Positions 47,213 through 61,730 of a stretch of 64,000 bases of DNA are shown here, piece after piece. The position numbers were made by a program, and so were the translations under genes. Under the pieces are notes generated by a model. It was given only the letters and a program-made list of their open reading frames with translations, was not told the origin of the DNA and did not search any database. The stretch is from Chrysomallon squamiferum (Eukaryota; Animalia; Mollusca). The stretch is taken from contig CM022667.1 in the NCBI GenBank assembly GCA_012295275.1, positions 9,858,001 to 9,922,000 of the forward strand. The letters run 5' to 3'. Position 1 is the first letter of the stretch; the number at the start of each line of letters is the position of its first letter.

Positions 47213-47427
47213 TTATTATTGTTAATATATCTCAATATATTACGTGAAGTTATCGTTCTTAAAATAAAGATAAACGCAATTCAGTGTTCATGGCACTGGC
47301 GTGAATTCATGGTTTATAGGTAAAACGTTTCAATACCAGTCTGACCAAGTTCCAAAAAAAATTTCAAAACCAATACATGTGAGAGATTTATAGATCATGT
47401 TGGAAAAATTGCGCAACATCCGGGTTT
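47213..47427 (-). repeat. Right arm of the ~215-bp inverted repeat
   Basis: Reverse complement of 41778-41992. Confidence 0.9.
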
Positions 47428-47858
47428 AAATTACAGCGGCATCTGACGGGGTTTGTGAAGTCGTGATTGAACCTTGTACCCCTGCGTCATTTCGCTCACG
47501 AATTTTGTCTATGTGCGGAGTCTAATCAGACGTAGATAAGACAGAGAATATTCAAATCCTGAAATACATACGTGTCAATACCAGGTTTCCCATAAAAAAA
47601 AGAAAACAAAAAACACCTCCAAATGCACGCAAAAATTACGAAGAACAAAGAGCGGCTTACTTCAAAGCTATCATTACTCACGGTTATTGCGTAACAATTT
47701 GTTTAAAGATTGTGATGATAACCGAACGGAGAGCGGGTGAATGGGTGCCATTCGTACGGGATTGTAAGGTCGTAACTTTGTTCTTCTGCGTCAGTGCTCT
47801 CCCGAATATTGTCTGTGTGTATAAACACGTGCATCCTTGCATACATACATACATACAT

Positions 47859-47897
<39 letters not shown>

Positions 47898-48339
47898 CAC
47901 AAATAGATACACTATAAATAAGAAAGGAAATAGGTCTATGTAGCAGTTTTTATTATTGCTTTTAATTCAGTTTGAAACAGTTTTCTGTGTTTATCAATAT
48001 ACTTGTAGATTTAAAATTTTGTATCTTTTTATTGCTTTGCTTTGCTTTTCTTGCGCTGCATTTCGTCCATCAGTTGTTGTTTTTTTCTCCGTTTTTGTTG
48101 TATTTTGTTTTGTGTTTTATTGCGTAATCAATTTTTCATTATATGTAAACGTCTCTGATAACGTTTTCTTGCACAATGATCGATACCCGGCAATTTTTTT
48201 TTTTTTTGTAAACGTATACGTACAGTGTATCGACAGAAACATAATAATCATTCTTTGTTTTGTCTTTCCTCTGTTCATTATTATTATTTTTTTTTTTTCA
48301 TCTCCTGCTTCATTTCTCATTCCTCATGACAGTAAGGAG

Positions 48340-48645
48340 GGTAACTTTCTTTAGTGGAAGAACGCGAGTTCAAGGAGGGACGGGCTGTCGGATCGATCCT
48401 TCTCACCGGCCTATTTCTCAAGACAGCCAGTGCTCCACAGCTGGAGTAACAAAGACCGTGGTGTGTACTGTCATGTGTGTGAAATAATGCTCATCAAAAT
48501 ATTCTCTGTTGTTAATCGCAATGAAGAGGTTAGAGCGGGTTTCCTCTCGTCGTCTGAATGGTCACGAACGATAACATTTACGCTCGATCCCATAATAGCC
48601 GTAAATAAAAAATGTTGGCTGTGTCGTTGAGTAAAATAATCCCTT
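48340..48645 (+). mobile_element. Near full-length tRNA-derived SINE
   Basis: A-box-like tttagtgg, B-box-like ggatcgatcc, core ctatttctc..cagccagtgctccac..aaagaccgtggt..agcgggtttcctctc and tail ccgtaaataaaaaatgttgg..gtcgttgagtaaaa. Resembles a SINE family I recall from gastropod genomes. Confidence 0.7.
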
Positions 48646-51460
48646 TCTCTCCTGATAACATTTATTTCTCGTATTATTTCATCTATAGCCGACTTCTGCG
48701 TGGGGATGTGTGTGTATGCGTGTATCTGTTTGCACGTGTCTGTAGGTCTGCATGTGTGTGTGTGTGTGTGTCCGTACGTACATTTGACTGTGTCTGTTTC
48801 TGTTTCTGTGCCTATCTCTGGGTTTGAGTCTACATGTCTGTACGTGTATTTGTTTACGTAAGTGTATGCATGTGCGTCCTGTGTGTTGTGTGTGTGTGTC
48901 TCTCTGTCTGTTTCTGTGTATGATTGTCTGCACGTGCGTGTGCGTGCGTGCGTGCCTGCTTGCTTTTGAATTTATTCTTTTGAATTTATAATATGTAAAT
49001 ATTACACCTCTTATGCAGTTACCAATACTGCGTGGGCCAGCTATGGTAAATACGTGTTTTATCAATGTCGTTTTAATTTAGATAGAAGACTAACAAGTGT
49101 GTTACAGTTTAAAAATAGCCGCAAACCCCAAACGTGGTTATTTGACACCTCTATTGACTATGGTAATACTAGCTGTATGCACAGTGTGATATTACTGAGT
49201 CCTGTGCAAAGCGTTATAATATTACACACATTTTAAAAATGCTAATACTTCATAACGATTATTGTATAGCATGGATTTTTCTGTCATATCCTTCCTACCG
49301 TTTGTGCACATATATCTCAATCTGCCACTGTTGATGCTTTAGATATAGGAATCAGTTTTGTTGTTTTGTCCCCTAACCCCACCCCATCAACATCTACAAC
49401 TTCTACACACCAATACCACCTCCTAGTAATAATCGAAATGCTGGGACGAATGATATTATTACTATTATTACTATTTTAATTTTATTTATTTTTTTTTTTT
49501 TTTTTTGAAATTTGTTTTTTTCACCCTGCAAGAACGTAAACTAATATTAGTCATCAATATCTGTTGGTTTAATTTCTTCATGTCCTTGATGAATTCCCAG
49601 TTCACGAAAATGTCAACAGACCGAAAACTAAGTAACAGTCGATTATGTAAACACTAACGTATTGCCTCCGTAATTAATAAACTCGCTTAAAACTGAGCGA
49701 TTTATTTAAGTGTCAGCTGAGTAAACTATCTCCTTTTCATAGTAATTTTTCTGTTTTTATTAATTTCATTTAAGTTCGTGTTCTTATTAATTTCATTCAA
49801 TTGTTTTCAGTGCTATTCTTAACGCTTCGTTATAGTTTACATTCTTTTAGTGCCTCGGAATTTCTTTTGTATTCGTTCTTCACGTTATATATATATATAT
49901 ATTTATAAATATCCTGAAGAAAAAAAAATTAGATAGCGACTTTTTTATTTAAATTATTTAAATACAATAACAATCGGGTCCCAGCTAATGTGGAACAGTT
50001 CATTATGATGGATGAGGTAACAACTGGCATACAGAAAAAATACCAGACGATTTACCGGTTAGACCAACTGGGTGAAAGAACGCCTTCTGTTTATCGACAT
50101 TTGATTGCTTGATATCTTAAAACTTTAATGCAGGATGATGATGATGATGATGATGAATATTGTATGATGCAACATGACTGATACTTATGACAATGACAGT
50201 GACAAGAATAACAGTACTGTAATGATAATGATGATAACATAATAATGATAAAAACAAAAACATTATTGACCACATACGGCGTTTTATCTTTTTTTGTCAT
50301 TCCTTTCTTCTTCTTCTTCTTCTTTTTGGTTTTTCTTCTTCTTCTTCTTCTTCTTCTTTTTATTATTATTATCATCATCATCATCATCATCATCATCATG
50401 ATCGTTACAGTTGTGTTAGTAGCAGGTGTATCATTATTATTTTGTTATTGTTAATGTCTGTTGTTTATTATGTTTTGTTTTATCTGTTGTAGTTACTGTT
50501 GTATAATGACTAATAACAGCCGTTGAAGCAAGAGCAACGGTAGTAGTAGACACAACAGTAAATGTAGACGTCGTTGTTGTTACTATCACAGCAAGAGTGA
50601 CACTAGGACGAGGCGTGACACGTGTTGTAATGTTAGCCGTTGTTGCTGTGATAACTAACACTGTTTGTTTTCTCTTTATCGCTATGGTCACTGTCGCCTG
50701 TTCACTTCGGGGGAAAATCGTGTACAACGTCGTGATGTTGTCTTTACCAGCAATGACGACGACTTGTGAACCGTGACAAAGGCTGCGAAACAGTCATGAA
50801 CAGAACGTTCTATTGGAAGTAGAAGAATCGTGTCTATTTTAAGACGATTTTTTTTTTTTTTTTGCATGTTTCTTTGTTTAGGAAAATTCTTTGTTCTCAA
50901 ATGCGTTTCAAGCAGAACACTGCTTCATTACCTCGTAAAAAAGTATAATCTTAACAACGCCGCAGGCTAAAAAAAATAACAACTACAAAAAACCCCAAAC
51001 AACACAAAACAAATTAAATCGCTGAACAAGAAAAAAAAATTCGAACACACAGATATTATTTTTAACTGCCTTGTATTAATTTGCTTCTTCTTCCTTTATT
51101 TACTGTTTGAAAAAAAAAAAAAAAAAATATAAACAACATTTTTTGTCACAATTAAAAAAAAAAAAAAAAATTGTAGTACTGAATATAGTAACAATATCTT
51201 TGTTCAAACACATAAAAAGATCATTATTTTATTTTTTATTATTTGTTTAATAATTACTTTCGCTATATAAACCACAGCTGGAATAACAGAAACAATAATT
51301 TTAACATCACAGCAAAGGTCCCTCTCCCCCTTTTTCTTTCATTTCTCTTTTCATTTTTACTTTCGTTCTTTAATTTTCCGATTTTTATATTCATTCACTT
51401 TTTTTTTAATTCATGTTTTCATAACTTTTATACTTTCTTTGCTCTAATTTCGTTTATCAT

Positions 51461-51581
<121 letters not shown>

Positions 51582-51665
51582 TTTTCGAAACGTCTTGCCT
51601 TTCATCGGGATTACCACGCAACTAGTTCTATATATTTTTTTCTTTTTTCCTTTTCAGAAACTGGT

Positions 51666-52901
51666 ATGAAATACTTAGCTGAAGTAATGGCAAAACAAAT
51701 ACTGGTTTGGTTTCACTATATTGTAGGCTTTTCTGTAATATCAGTCGTCATATTTGTGCAGTTCCAGCTTCCTTCGAAGGCTTCCAACCGATCTGAAACG
51801 ACAGGAAAAGACGAAAAATCATACACCACATTTATAACAGCAAAAAAAAAAGTTTCTCCAAACCATACAAAAACCTCATCGTTGGATGCCCGTAACAAAA
51901 TAATTCTGTGGTACGTTAAAACAAGATACCAGCCTCCAACGGAAGGTTTGGTGCCTTTACAACACTGCCCGGAAATGAAATGCAGAATGACCTCCAACCG
52001 GAAGTACTTAAACCAAAGCTCCGCAGTCGTATTTACGGCGCAGCTCATTCGTGAAAAATATCCACCTAAAAAAGTTTCCTGGTCAAGTTTGGATATTTCA
52101 CAATCATGAATCTCCTCTAGATGGTTGGTCACAGTTACCAACGTTTAGGTTACCACAGTGGAGGGGGAAATTCAACTGGACAATGGATTATCGAAAAGAG
52201 GCCGATATTCTTTCACTGTACGGTGTTCTGAAAAAGCTACCTGCACGGAAGCAGCGGAACTACACGGAAATAGTGTCAAGAAAAAAGGGACTGATTGCCT
52301 GGATGGTGAGTCGGTGCTCGTCGGAAAGTAAACGCGAGATTTACGTTAAGAAGCTGAAGACGTTTGTCCCGGTGACGCAGCTTGGCGCGTGCGGTGGCCG
52401 CGGCTGCAAACGAATCAACGACGACGGTTGTCTGGAGATTATAAGCAGACACAAATTTTACTTGTCGTTTGAGAACGGCTTTTGTCCGGATTACATAACG
52501 GAGAAGTTTTACCGTTTTTATGCCGCCGACCTCGTGACGATCGTCCGAGGTGGCGGGGACTATTCGAGAATCGTCCCTCGGGGACGTACATCAACACAGC
52601 CGACTTCAAATCCGTCGAAGATCTTGCCAAGTATCTTACTTATCTAGACAAGAACGACGACAAGTACATTGAATATCTGAAGCGCAAAGACGAGTATGAG
52701 GTAAAGTTCGAAGCCTACTACCTGAAAAACGAAAAAGGGGAAACTGACTATATCCATTATCGTCACGAACACACGCCGTTTTGTGACGTGTGCAAAAGAC
52801 TGTGGGACGCGAAAAACTACACGAAAACGTACAGTGACATTGGAGCGTGGTTCGATAGCGGTAGATGTTACAAACCTCCAGATTTAAATCAGATTAATTA
52901 A
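51666..52901 (+). CDS. GT10 alpha-1,3-fucosyltransferase, copy 1 (about 411 aa if two homopolymer frameshifts are corrected; otherwise a pseudogene)
   Basis: Acceptor at 51657, ATG at 51666, type II membrane anchor, then CPEMKCRMTSNR, PGQVWIFHNHESP, FNWTMDYRKEADI, AWMVSRC and HKFYLSFENGFCPDYITEKFY. Relative to copy 2 there is a +1 in the A-run at 52068-52073 and a -1 in the C/G runs at 52575-52583. Confidence 0.9.
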
Positions 52902-53647
52902 CAAATAGAGCAAGTGAGGAGACATAATAAATTACCGAATGAATGTGTCTTGAATAGAATGGTCGCGAAGCACAATGACATACGGCCAAAAACAATACCA
53001 ACAACAACAGTGCCGTAACTCCATCAGTTCATAATGTAGATCATACAAAAGTCGAAGGTTAAAACAAATTCCGTGATGAATGAATGAAGTGACTGACTGA
53101 ATGCCTGTTTGAATGAAATGAAATATATATTATAAAAACGAATAAAGAATGAATTATCTTATTTCTTAATAAAACTATTTTTGTTATTTGTTATTATTTA
53201 TTTTATTTTTTTTTTTTTTTTATTTACTAACGTTCTTCCTCCTATTCTTGTCCTTCTTCCTATTCTGTTTCTTCTTTTTCTTCGTCTTGTTTCTTCTCCT
53301 TCTTCTTCTTATTACTATTATTGCTGACTTGCTGATTGGTTTACTCAATTATTATACATCTAAATGAATTAAAATATATTTTGTAAGGAAGGAACAATCG
53401 AATGAAAAAATAAATGTAAAAGCATTTTGTAATAAATAAAAATTATATTTCCGACTTGGAGGGAAATAATCATCAAATTGTTTGTTTTTTTGTTTTTTGT
53501 TTTTTGTTTGTTTTTTTTACAAAAAAAAAGAAAAATTACACAAATAAATATTTTTATTAAAATAATTGACTTATTTACTGATTTATGTTTTATATTATTT
53601 ATTATATTATTAAAAAAAAAAAAAATTGTACCACGGAAACACACTTT

Positions 53648-53722
<75 letters not shown>

Positions 53723-55671
53723 CTGTTTTTGTCTCTGTCTCTTCTTCTCTCTTTCAAAAAAAAAAAACGACTCTTGTACCACACTGCGTGATAAGGATTT
53801 GATGAAAAACTGTGAATAATTGCTGACCTAATTCTCAATCGTTCGTTCTGGATATCACTGAGTTTTTGTTAACATCAGTTGAACTGTTTAGACTGAGACT
53901 AACCCATTGATTTATCTCTTCTTCTTTTCTTTTTTTCCTTAACGCATACTTGAATTAATTATTTAAAGATCTAAGATTGTCAAATAGAGCAGTCCAAACA
54001 GGTAAAACTAGTTAAAGAGGTCACCGTGGTTTTAAATCATCACACGCACTTCGGCAATTGAAATGTTGTAGTGGTTGTCGTTGTGGTGATAGTAGTAGTG
54101 TTAATATTATCAACAGTGACTGTAGTGGTAGTACAGTACTCGTAGTTATCGTCGTAACGACGGTGTTGTAGTAGCAGTTCTAGAAGTAGATGATTAACAT
54201 TTTATTGTCTATTTTATTTTTTAAGAAGGACGTCCACACTGAAATATCAAATGGCTCGTTGATGCGCGTTTATATAAACAATTCAAAAATTAATTTTCAG
54301 TTTTCTTTCATGTTACTGAACTGTTATTACGTGTCCAAATTGTCTTCTGAAGGAGAACCGAAATTTCATCTTCTACGTTATCTTCACAATAATGCCATTT
54401 TATGTTTTCACTGTGTGCACATGTACATGACGTGACTTTAGATAAAATGACATTGGAGATATGAATGTATATGGTCAGAATGGGAAATTTTATGTCCTTT
54501 CTAATATATATTACCTTTTTGACATTTTTTAGTTTGATTTTTATGAAAAGGTTTATTTATTTATTTATTTATTATTTGTTTATTTATTTGTTTATTAGTT
54601 GTTTGTTTATTTGTTTGTTTATTTAATTATTTATTATTTGTTTATTTGTTATTTATTTATTTATTTATTTATTATATGTTTATTTATTTATTTATTTATT
54701 TACTTATTGTTACTCAAACATTATAGTCATAAAATACTGAGATTTAAAACAGATAGCTGACTGTTCTTTCATCAGATACACTTGAATATTCTCCAACGTT
54801 TTCCAGTTTCGAAATTCACATCGATTGGAAAAAACAAGATTTGCAGGGCCCTGTCAGCTTTATATGTTCAATTCATCTTCTTTGTCTAAATACGCTGTCA
54901 AACTAACTCACTATCTTGTGAACCGCCTACGATATACTATTGTATTTTGCTGTTTCGTATCCTTGACTACCAATGTCAAATCGTGACTGCTTAATAATAA
55001 TATAACTGTTCTCGAGTTTTTAATTTGTTCGTTTACATGATATTTTTACTGCTTATCTACGGAAGGCCGTTTGGTCCATTATTACTTTTGTTTTTTCTTT
55101 TGACGCCTAATAAAGCTGGAAGTTTCGAGTAATCTGCAGAGCCCGTTTGTGTCATCTGTAATATTCAAAGTTAGATTATTTTATTTTACCCCAGACTAAA
55201 CAGTGTTGTGACTAAACATTTAAATGTTTTCCTTGTGTTTTAATTTTTAATTTCTTAAATGTTAATACAAATTTTTTTTTAAAAATTAAAAAACAATTAT
55301 ATGTATATAATAACAATAATTATTACATCAGATATACATCAGATTTTGACTCTAGTATCCAAAAATATATGGTTTTACACACATGTAAAATTATATATAT
55401 TTTGTTCTCTTTTTAATATTTTAACACTATAGAAAATAACTTACTATTTTACACAAACTGACCCATCGTTTTACAAGCCGTTGAACAAACAGTGAATAAC
55501 CTACATTCATTTATCCATTTGACCATCAATTAATTAATTCATTCATTTATTCATTAATCCATTAATAAACTTAATATATCTTTTAGTTAGTCTAAATATT
55601 CATCCATTTATCGATTCAGTCCATTGATTCATATACAGGGCCACCCGACCAGCATTTATTATTATTATTAT

Positions 55672-55732
<61 letters not shown>

Positions 55733-56799
55733 TGATGATGATAATAACAATGATTATAATAATAATAATAATATGAAAGAAAATATCATATTGATCATTC
55801 AAACGAGACGGAGTTTTCAAAATGCTTCAGTTTATTGTTTTCAATAATGGCCAAGTTTGTTTTGTTTTTCGCGACGGTTCGTTGTCATGGGCAACACAGT
55901 GTGGACAGTCAATCGATCAACAAGGATTCAGAGTGAACTGGACCGAGAGACGTTTTTTTTTCAGTTTAATATTTAATTTATTCATTTGGCTACATTAGTA
56001 GGATTATAATCTGTTACTGCTGCTACCACAACTGCTACACGGTAAATATTCTTACTACTACTTCTACAACCCAATGTAATTACAACTACTACTACTACCA
56101 CTATAACTGTATTGTGACTACTGTTTTTAATACGTCTACTGCTACTGTAAGTTATTACAACAACTACCACTACTATACCATAGCTGATTTTACTGTTACT
56201 TCTATATCATACTTTTGTTGGCATATCTACTGTACTACTATATATTGTGAATATTTTTAATACTAGTAATGTAGTAGAATTACTACTACTGTTGTACTAA
56301 AACTACTGTACTTCTATTGTTACTGTTTTATTTATTTATTTATTCATTCATTCATTTATTTTATTATTTTATTTATATCTTTATATATTTCTTTCTTTCT
56401 TTCTTTATTTTTTATTTATTTAATTAATTTTTTTATTTTTTTTATTTTTTTTTTTTATTTATTTATTTATTTTTTTATTTTTTATTTTTTTATTTTATTT
56501 TATTTTTTATTTTATTTTTTTTTATATTTTTTTTTATTATTATTATTCTTTTTTTTAATATTGTAAAAAAATACTTAATTTTTTTTTTTTACCAAATGAA
56601 ACAATGTCACATTCACAGGTTAGAAATCTATATGAGAATGATGAATTAAAAATAAAAAAAAAAAACTGTTTGTAAATTTGAATCAGACTCGTAAATGTTC
56701 TTTTGAAGTCGCTCTTAGCTTCTTCGGCTGCAAAAGAGTCCTCGACCCATACACGTAACAACGAACATTTGCTTACCCAGCCGATCTGTTATTTGGTTA

Positions 56800-56872
56800 C
56801 TTCTTAGAATCCAGTCACAGAGAGTATTTAGCCGGCGGGCGATTAACAGCGAGTCGAGTTTCATTGTAACAG
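56800..56872 (+). other. Putative non-coding 5' exon of fucosyltransferase copy 2 (paralog ends at 63709)
   Basis: A CpG-richer patch ends in CAG|GTACGT and is conserved in both duplicates. The coding exon starts with an acceptor, so an upstream exon is required. Confidence 0.4.
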
Positions 56873-57555
56873 GTACGTCAAACATAAAATACATTTTTTG
56901 TATTATTAAACTGTTCAGATATATTTATTAGCAATAGCGATCTCTTATAGTAATCGATATAGTATATTTAGTCGAAATTTCTAGGTTAATGGTTACTTGA
57001 CGATAATTAGAACTTGCGTCCCGTGACTCGTTTAGATTATACTTGTAAAATGGCTTCAGGATGTATTTCAAATGAAACAGAAAACACGATCGTGTTAAGA
57101 TTATAGAGAGAGAGACCAGAAGGAAGATGTAGTGAGGACAACGTGATGTTAATTTATGACAATAATTATTATGCCTATTGCTGAACAATGTTTCATCCCT
57201 AGATTGCCTTTTTTTTTTTCTGTGTATTTTTTTTAATCCTTCTCAGTGTCTTGTTCATTTATAAATAAGAGATAAAAAAAAAAAAAAAAAAAAAGACGAA
57301 AGAAAAAAAAAGAAAAAACAAAGCAAGATATGATTCAAATAAAAAAAAACTTGTTTGTGGAATTCACGACTCTTGTGAATATCTCACGATTTTATTTCAT
57401 TATTATATTTCACGATTTAATCTCTCTCTCTCTATCCCGTTTTAATATTGTTAATAATATGTGTAATATTTATTTGTGTATATCTATGTGTAAAGATATG
57501 AGTACTACCTGTGTGTGTATATAATAAGTACTTTTATTTATGTTTCTAGGTGTAT

Positions 57556-58420
<865 letters not shown>

Positions 58421-58454
58421 TAACATTATTGTTATTAATAATAATAATATTATT

Positions 58455-58518
58455 ATTAATAAAACAGTACATTAGTACAATATTATTTAGTTGTTTATAC
58501 TTTTTTATTTAATTATAA

Positions 58519-58577
<59 letters not shown>

Positions 58578-58881
58578 TATCATCATCATCATTATTATTA
58601 TTAACATTATTACAAATAATAATAATAGAACAGTACATTAGTACAATATTATTTAGTTATTCACACTTTTTTTTTTAATTATAATTTTTATTTATTATTT
58701 ATAGTATTATTATCATTATTATGATCATCATCATCATTATTATTATTATTATTATTAATATTTTTTATTAATAATAATATGATTATTATTATTATTATTA
58801 TTATTATTAATAAAACAGTACATTAGTACAATATTATTTAGTTATTTATACTTTTTTATTTAATTATAATTTTTATTTATT

Positions 58882-58913
<32 letters not shown>

Positions 58914-59230
58914 TATTATTATCATTAGTAACATTATTATTATTATTATTAATAATAAAACAGTACATTAGTACAATATTATTTAGTTATTTTTACTTTT
59001 TTATTTAATTATAATTTATATTTATTATTATTATCATCATTATTATCACTATCATCATCATTATCATCATCATCATCATTATTATCATCATCATCATTAT
59101 TATGATTAACATTATTATTATTAATATTAATATTACTAATATTATTATTATTAATAAGACAGTACATTAGTACAATATTATTTAGTTATTTATACTTTTT
59201 TATTTAATTATAATTTTTATTTAATATTAT
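58455..59230. repeat. Composite minisatellite: five ~65-bp cores separated by variable (ATT)/(ATC) tracts
   Basis: The core acagtacattagtacaatattatttagtt..tacttttttatttaattataatt occurs near 58460, 58625, 58810, 58955 and 59155. Confidence 0.85.
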
Positions 59231-59264
59231 TGTTATTGTTGTTATTATTATTATTATTAATATG

Positions 59265-59312
<48 letters not shown>

Positions 59313-60419
59313 TTTTCGTATCACTCATCTGCTTCAGTTAACAGAGAGATGTAACACCCTCCTGAATTTCATCAGTTTTGCTTGTTCACTTTGTCTGTAT
59401 GCTCTGATGAGTCTCATTTTTTTAAAAGCTTCGCTTTCTAACTAAGCACAGTTTGTCGAGATCATACGCACACATCCTAGTCGTCACAAAACTGTCATCT
59501 TCTCAAAATATCTTCTAAGAAATTAGCTAACCGGGTGCAGTTTAAACAGTTTCCATTTCCTCTTCACTTTTTTTGTTTTACTCTCTCTCTCTGTCTACAT
59601 CTAACTGCTTTACGACCACCTTGTCTTGCAGGTAATTTGAGCCTCTGGTTGATAACGAATCCTGTTTATAAATTTTTATTTTTTATTTGGAAATCGAAAA
59701 TTTTGAGGTTAAAAAAATTAAAATGCAGAGTTTTACTACTTTCACACTGGTCCCTCATGTTGCTTACTTTTAATAAGTAAGAAAATTCATTTCCCTTCGT
59801 TACACTTCGTTAGTTTTCGACAAGTTCCGCAAAAAAGACATCCATATTAACGGCAGCGCGTTATTTATCCTATCACAAAAGTTGGTGAAATCCCAGTTGG
59901 TATCCGATGGTCGCTAGTTCGAATCGTCACCAGTAAGTACACTTTATCGTCTATAATTGTTTACTGTTATGCATTTGGCAAATTAATAAATGAATATAAA
60001 ATAGAGAAACAGACGAACAGACATATAAAAAGAGCAAACAAATTTAATAAAAAAAGAATGAAAGAAAGTTAATAAAAGATTATAAACGTACATGTTTCTT
60101 TCGTAAATTTCCTCCCACAAATCCTAGATCCACTTTTTCATCTCAACCTTTCAAAACCAATTATTTTTAGAGCAATCACTAGACAAGAAAGTGATCCGAT
60201 CCCTTTAACTTTTTTCCTTTCTCATGTTGCTGCTTTCGCTTAATTTGTTTGTTTGTTTCTTCAAATCATGAGCATGCATACTTATCCGAAACAAGAATTC
60301 ATAACAAATTCAGCTTTATAAAGTTTAATGATATTCATTCCTATACATATTTATTCATTAATTTATTATATTTTTTTATTTTTTTTTATTTCAGGACTTC
60401 AAATATTTCGACGGCACAA

Positions 60420-61730
60420 ATGATGAAACGAAAAAGTCTAATTTTTTGTCTCCAACTGTGTTTTGTTTTCGTAGGCTTCACCTTGTTGATTAAAACTGGC
60501 TGGCCTGTTGCGATTAGCAGTAATGTCAGGAAAGTGATTTCATATCAGATCTTGCCATTAAACCCTTCGAAAACTTCCGTATACCAAGCCTCTCATACAG
60601 AGCCAATACTCAGCGTGAACAGAAAAGTCGCAGTAGAAGATTATGAGTTCCAAAACAGACACAAACAAGAAAAATTAAACCACAAGGCAGTTTTAGCAGA
60701 AAAAGCCTCTGTACACGCCAGTAACAAAATAATTCTGTGGTATGTTAAAACAAGATACCAGCCTTCAATGGAAGGTTTGGTGCCTTTACAACACTGCCCG
60801 GAAATGAAATGCAGAATGACCTCCAACCGGAAGTACTTAAATCAAAGCTCCGCAGTCGTATTTACGGCGCAGCTCATTCGTGAAAAATATCCACCTAAAA
60901 AATTTCCCGGTCAAGTTTGGATATTTCACAATCATGAATCTCCTCAAGACAATTGGTCATCTTTGCCAACTTTCAGATTACCACAGTGGAAGGGGAAATT
61001 CAACTGGACAATGGATTATCGAAAAGAGGCCGATATTCTTTCACCGTACGGAATTCTAAAAAAGCTACCTGCACGGAAGCGGCGGAACTACACGGAAATA
61101 GTGTCAAGAAAAAAGGGACTGATTTCGTGGATGGTGAGTCAATGCTCCTCGGAAAGTAAACGCGAGGTTTACGTTCGTAAACTTAAGAAATACACCCCAG
61201 TGATGGTATTTGGAGGATGTGGAAAGATAGCCTGTCAGCGAAATAATGATGATGTATGTTTATCAGAAATTAACAAATACAAGTTTTATTTGGCTTTTGA
61301 GAACAGCTTCTGCCCCGATTACATAACAGAAAAATTCTACCGCTTTTTTTCCATCGACGTTGTTCTCATTGTTCGGGGAGGCGGAAACTACGCAGCCGAG
61401 TTACCGAAAGGAACATACATCAACACAGCCGACTTCAAATCCGTCGAAGATCTTGTCAACTATCTTACTTATCTAGATAAGAATGATGACAAGTACATTG
61501 AATATCTGAAACGCAAAGACGAGTATGAGTCTATTTATGAAGCATACAAGATTAAATCGAAATATGGATATGTGCATTACGTACATTATCATTACGAACA
61601 CATGCCATTTTGTGACGTGTGCAAAAGATTGTGGAACGTGAAAAACTTCACGAAAACGTACAGTGACATTGGAGCGTGGTTCGATAGCGGTAGATGTTAC
61701 AAACCTCCAGATTTAAATCAGATTAATTAA
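60420..61730 (+). CDS. GT10 alpha-1,3-fucosyltransferase, copy 2, intact, 436 aa
   Basis: Acceptor ttttatttcag at 60394, ATG at 60420 (MMKRKSLIFCLQLCFVFVGFTLLI, a type II anchor), stem, and catalytic domain with YKFYLAFENSFCPDYITEKFY. The reading frame is uninterrupted. Confidence 0.95.
   Translation: MMKRKSLIFCLQLCFVFVGFTLLIKTGWPVAISSNVRKVISYQILPLNPSKTSVYQASHTEPILSVNRKVAVEDYEFQNRHKQEKLNHKAVLAEKASVHASNKIILWYVKTRYQPSMEGLVPLQHCPEMKCRMTSNRKYLNQSSAVVFTAQLIREKYPPKKFPGQVWIFHNHESPQDNWSSLPTFRLPQWKGKFNWTMDYRKEADILSPYGILKKLPARKRRNYTEIVSRKKGLISWMVSQCSSESKREVYVRKLKKYTPVMVFGGCGKIACQRNNDDVCLSEINKYKFYLAFENSFCPDYITEKFYRFFSIDVVLIVRGGGNYAAELPKGTYINTADFKSVEDLVNYLTYLDKNDDKYIEYLKRKDEYESIYEAYKIKSKYGYVHYVHYHYEHMPFCDVCKRLWNVKNFTKTYSDIGAWFDSGRCYKPPDLNQIN

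Noticed and set aside
50437-50900. Thr-rich mucin-like ORF on the minus strand
   Set aside because: It derives from degenerate GTT/GTA trinucleotide sequence and lacks splice or signal-peptide support.
59890-59935. GTTCGAATC B-box suggesting a tRNA gene
   Set aside because: No cloverleaf or properly spaced A-box could be built; at most a SINE-head remnant.
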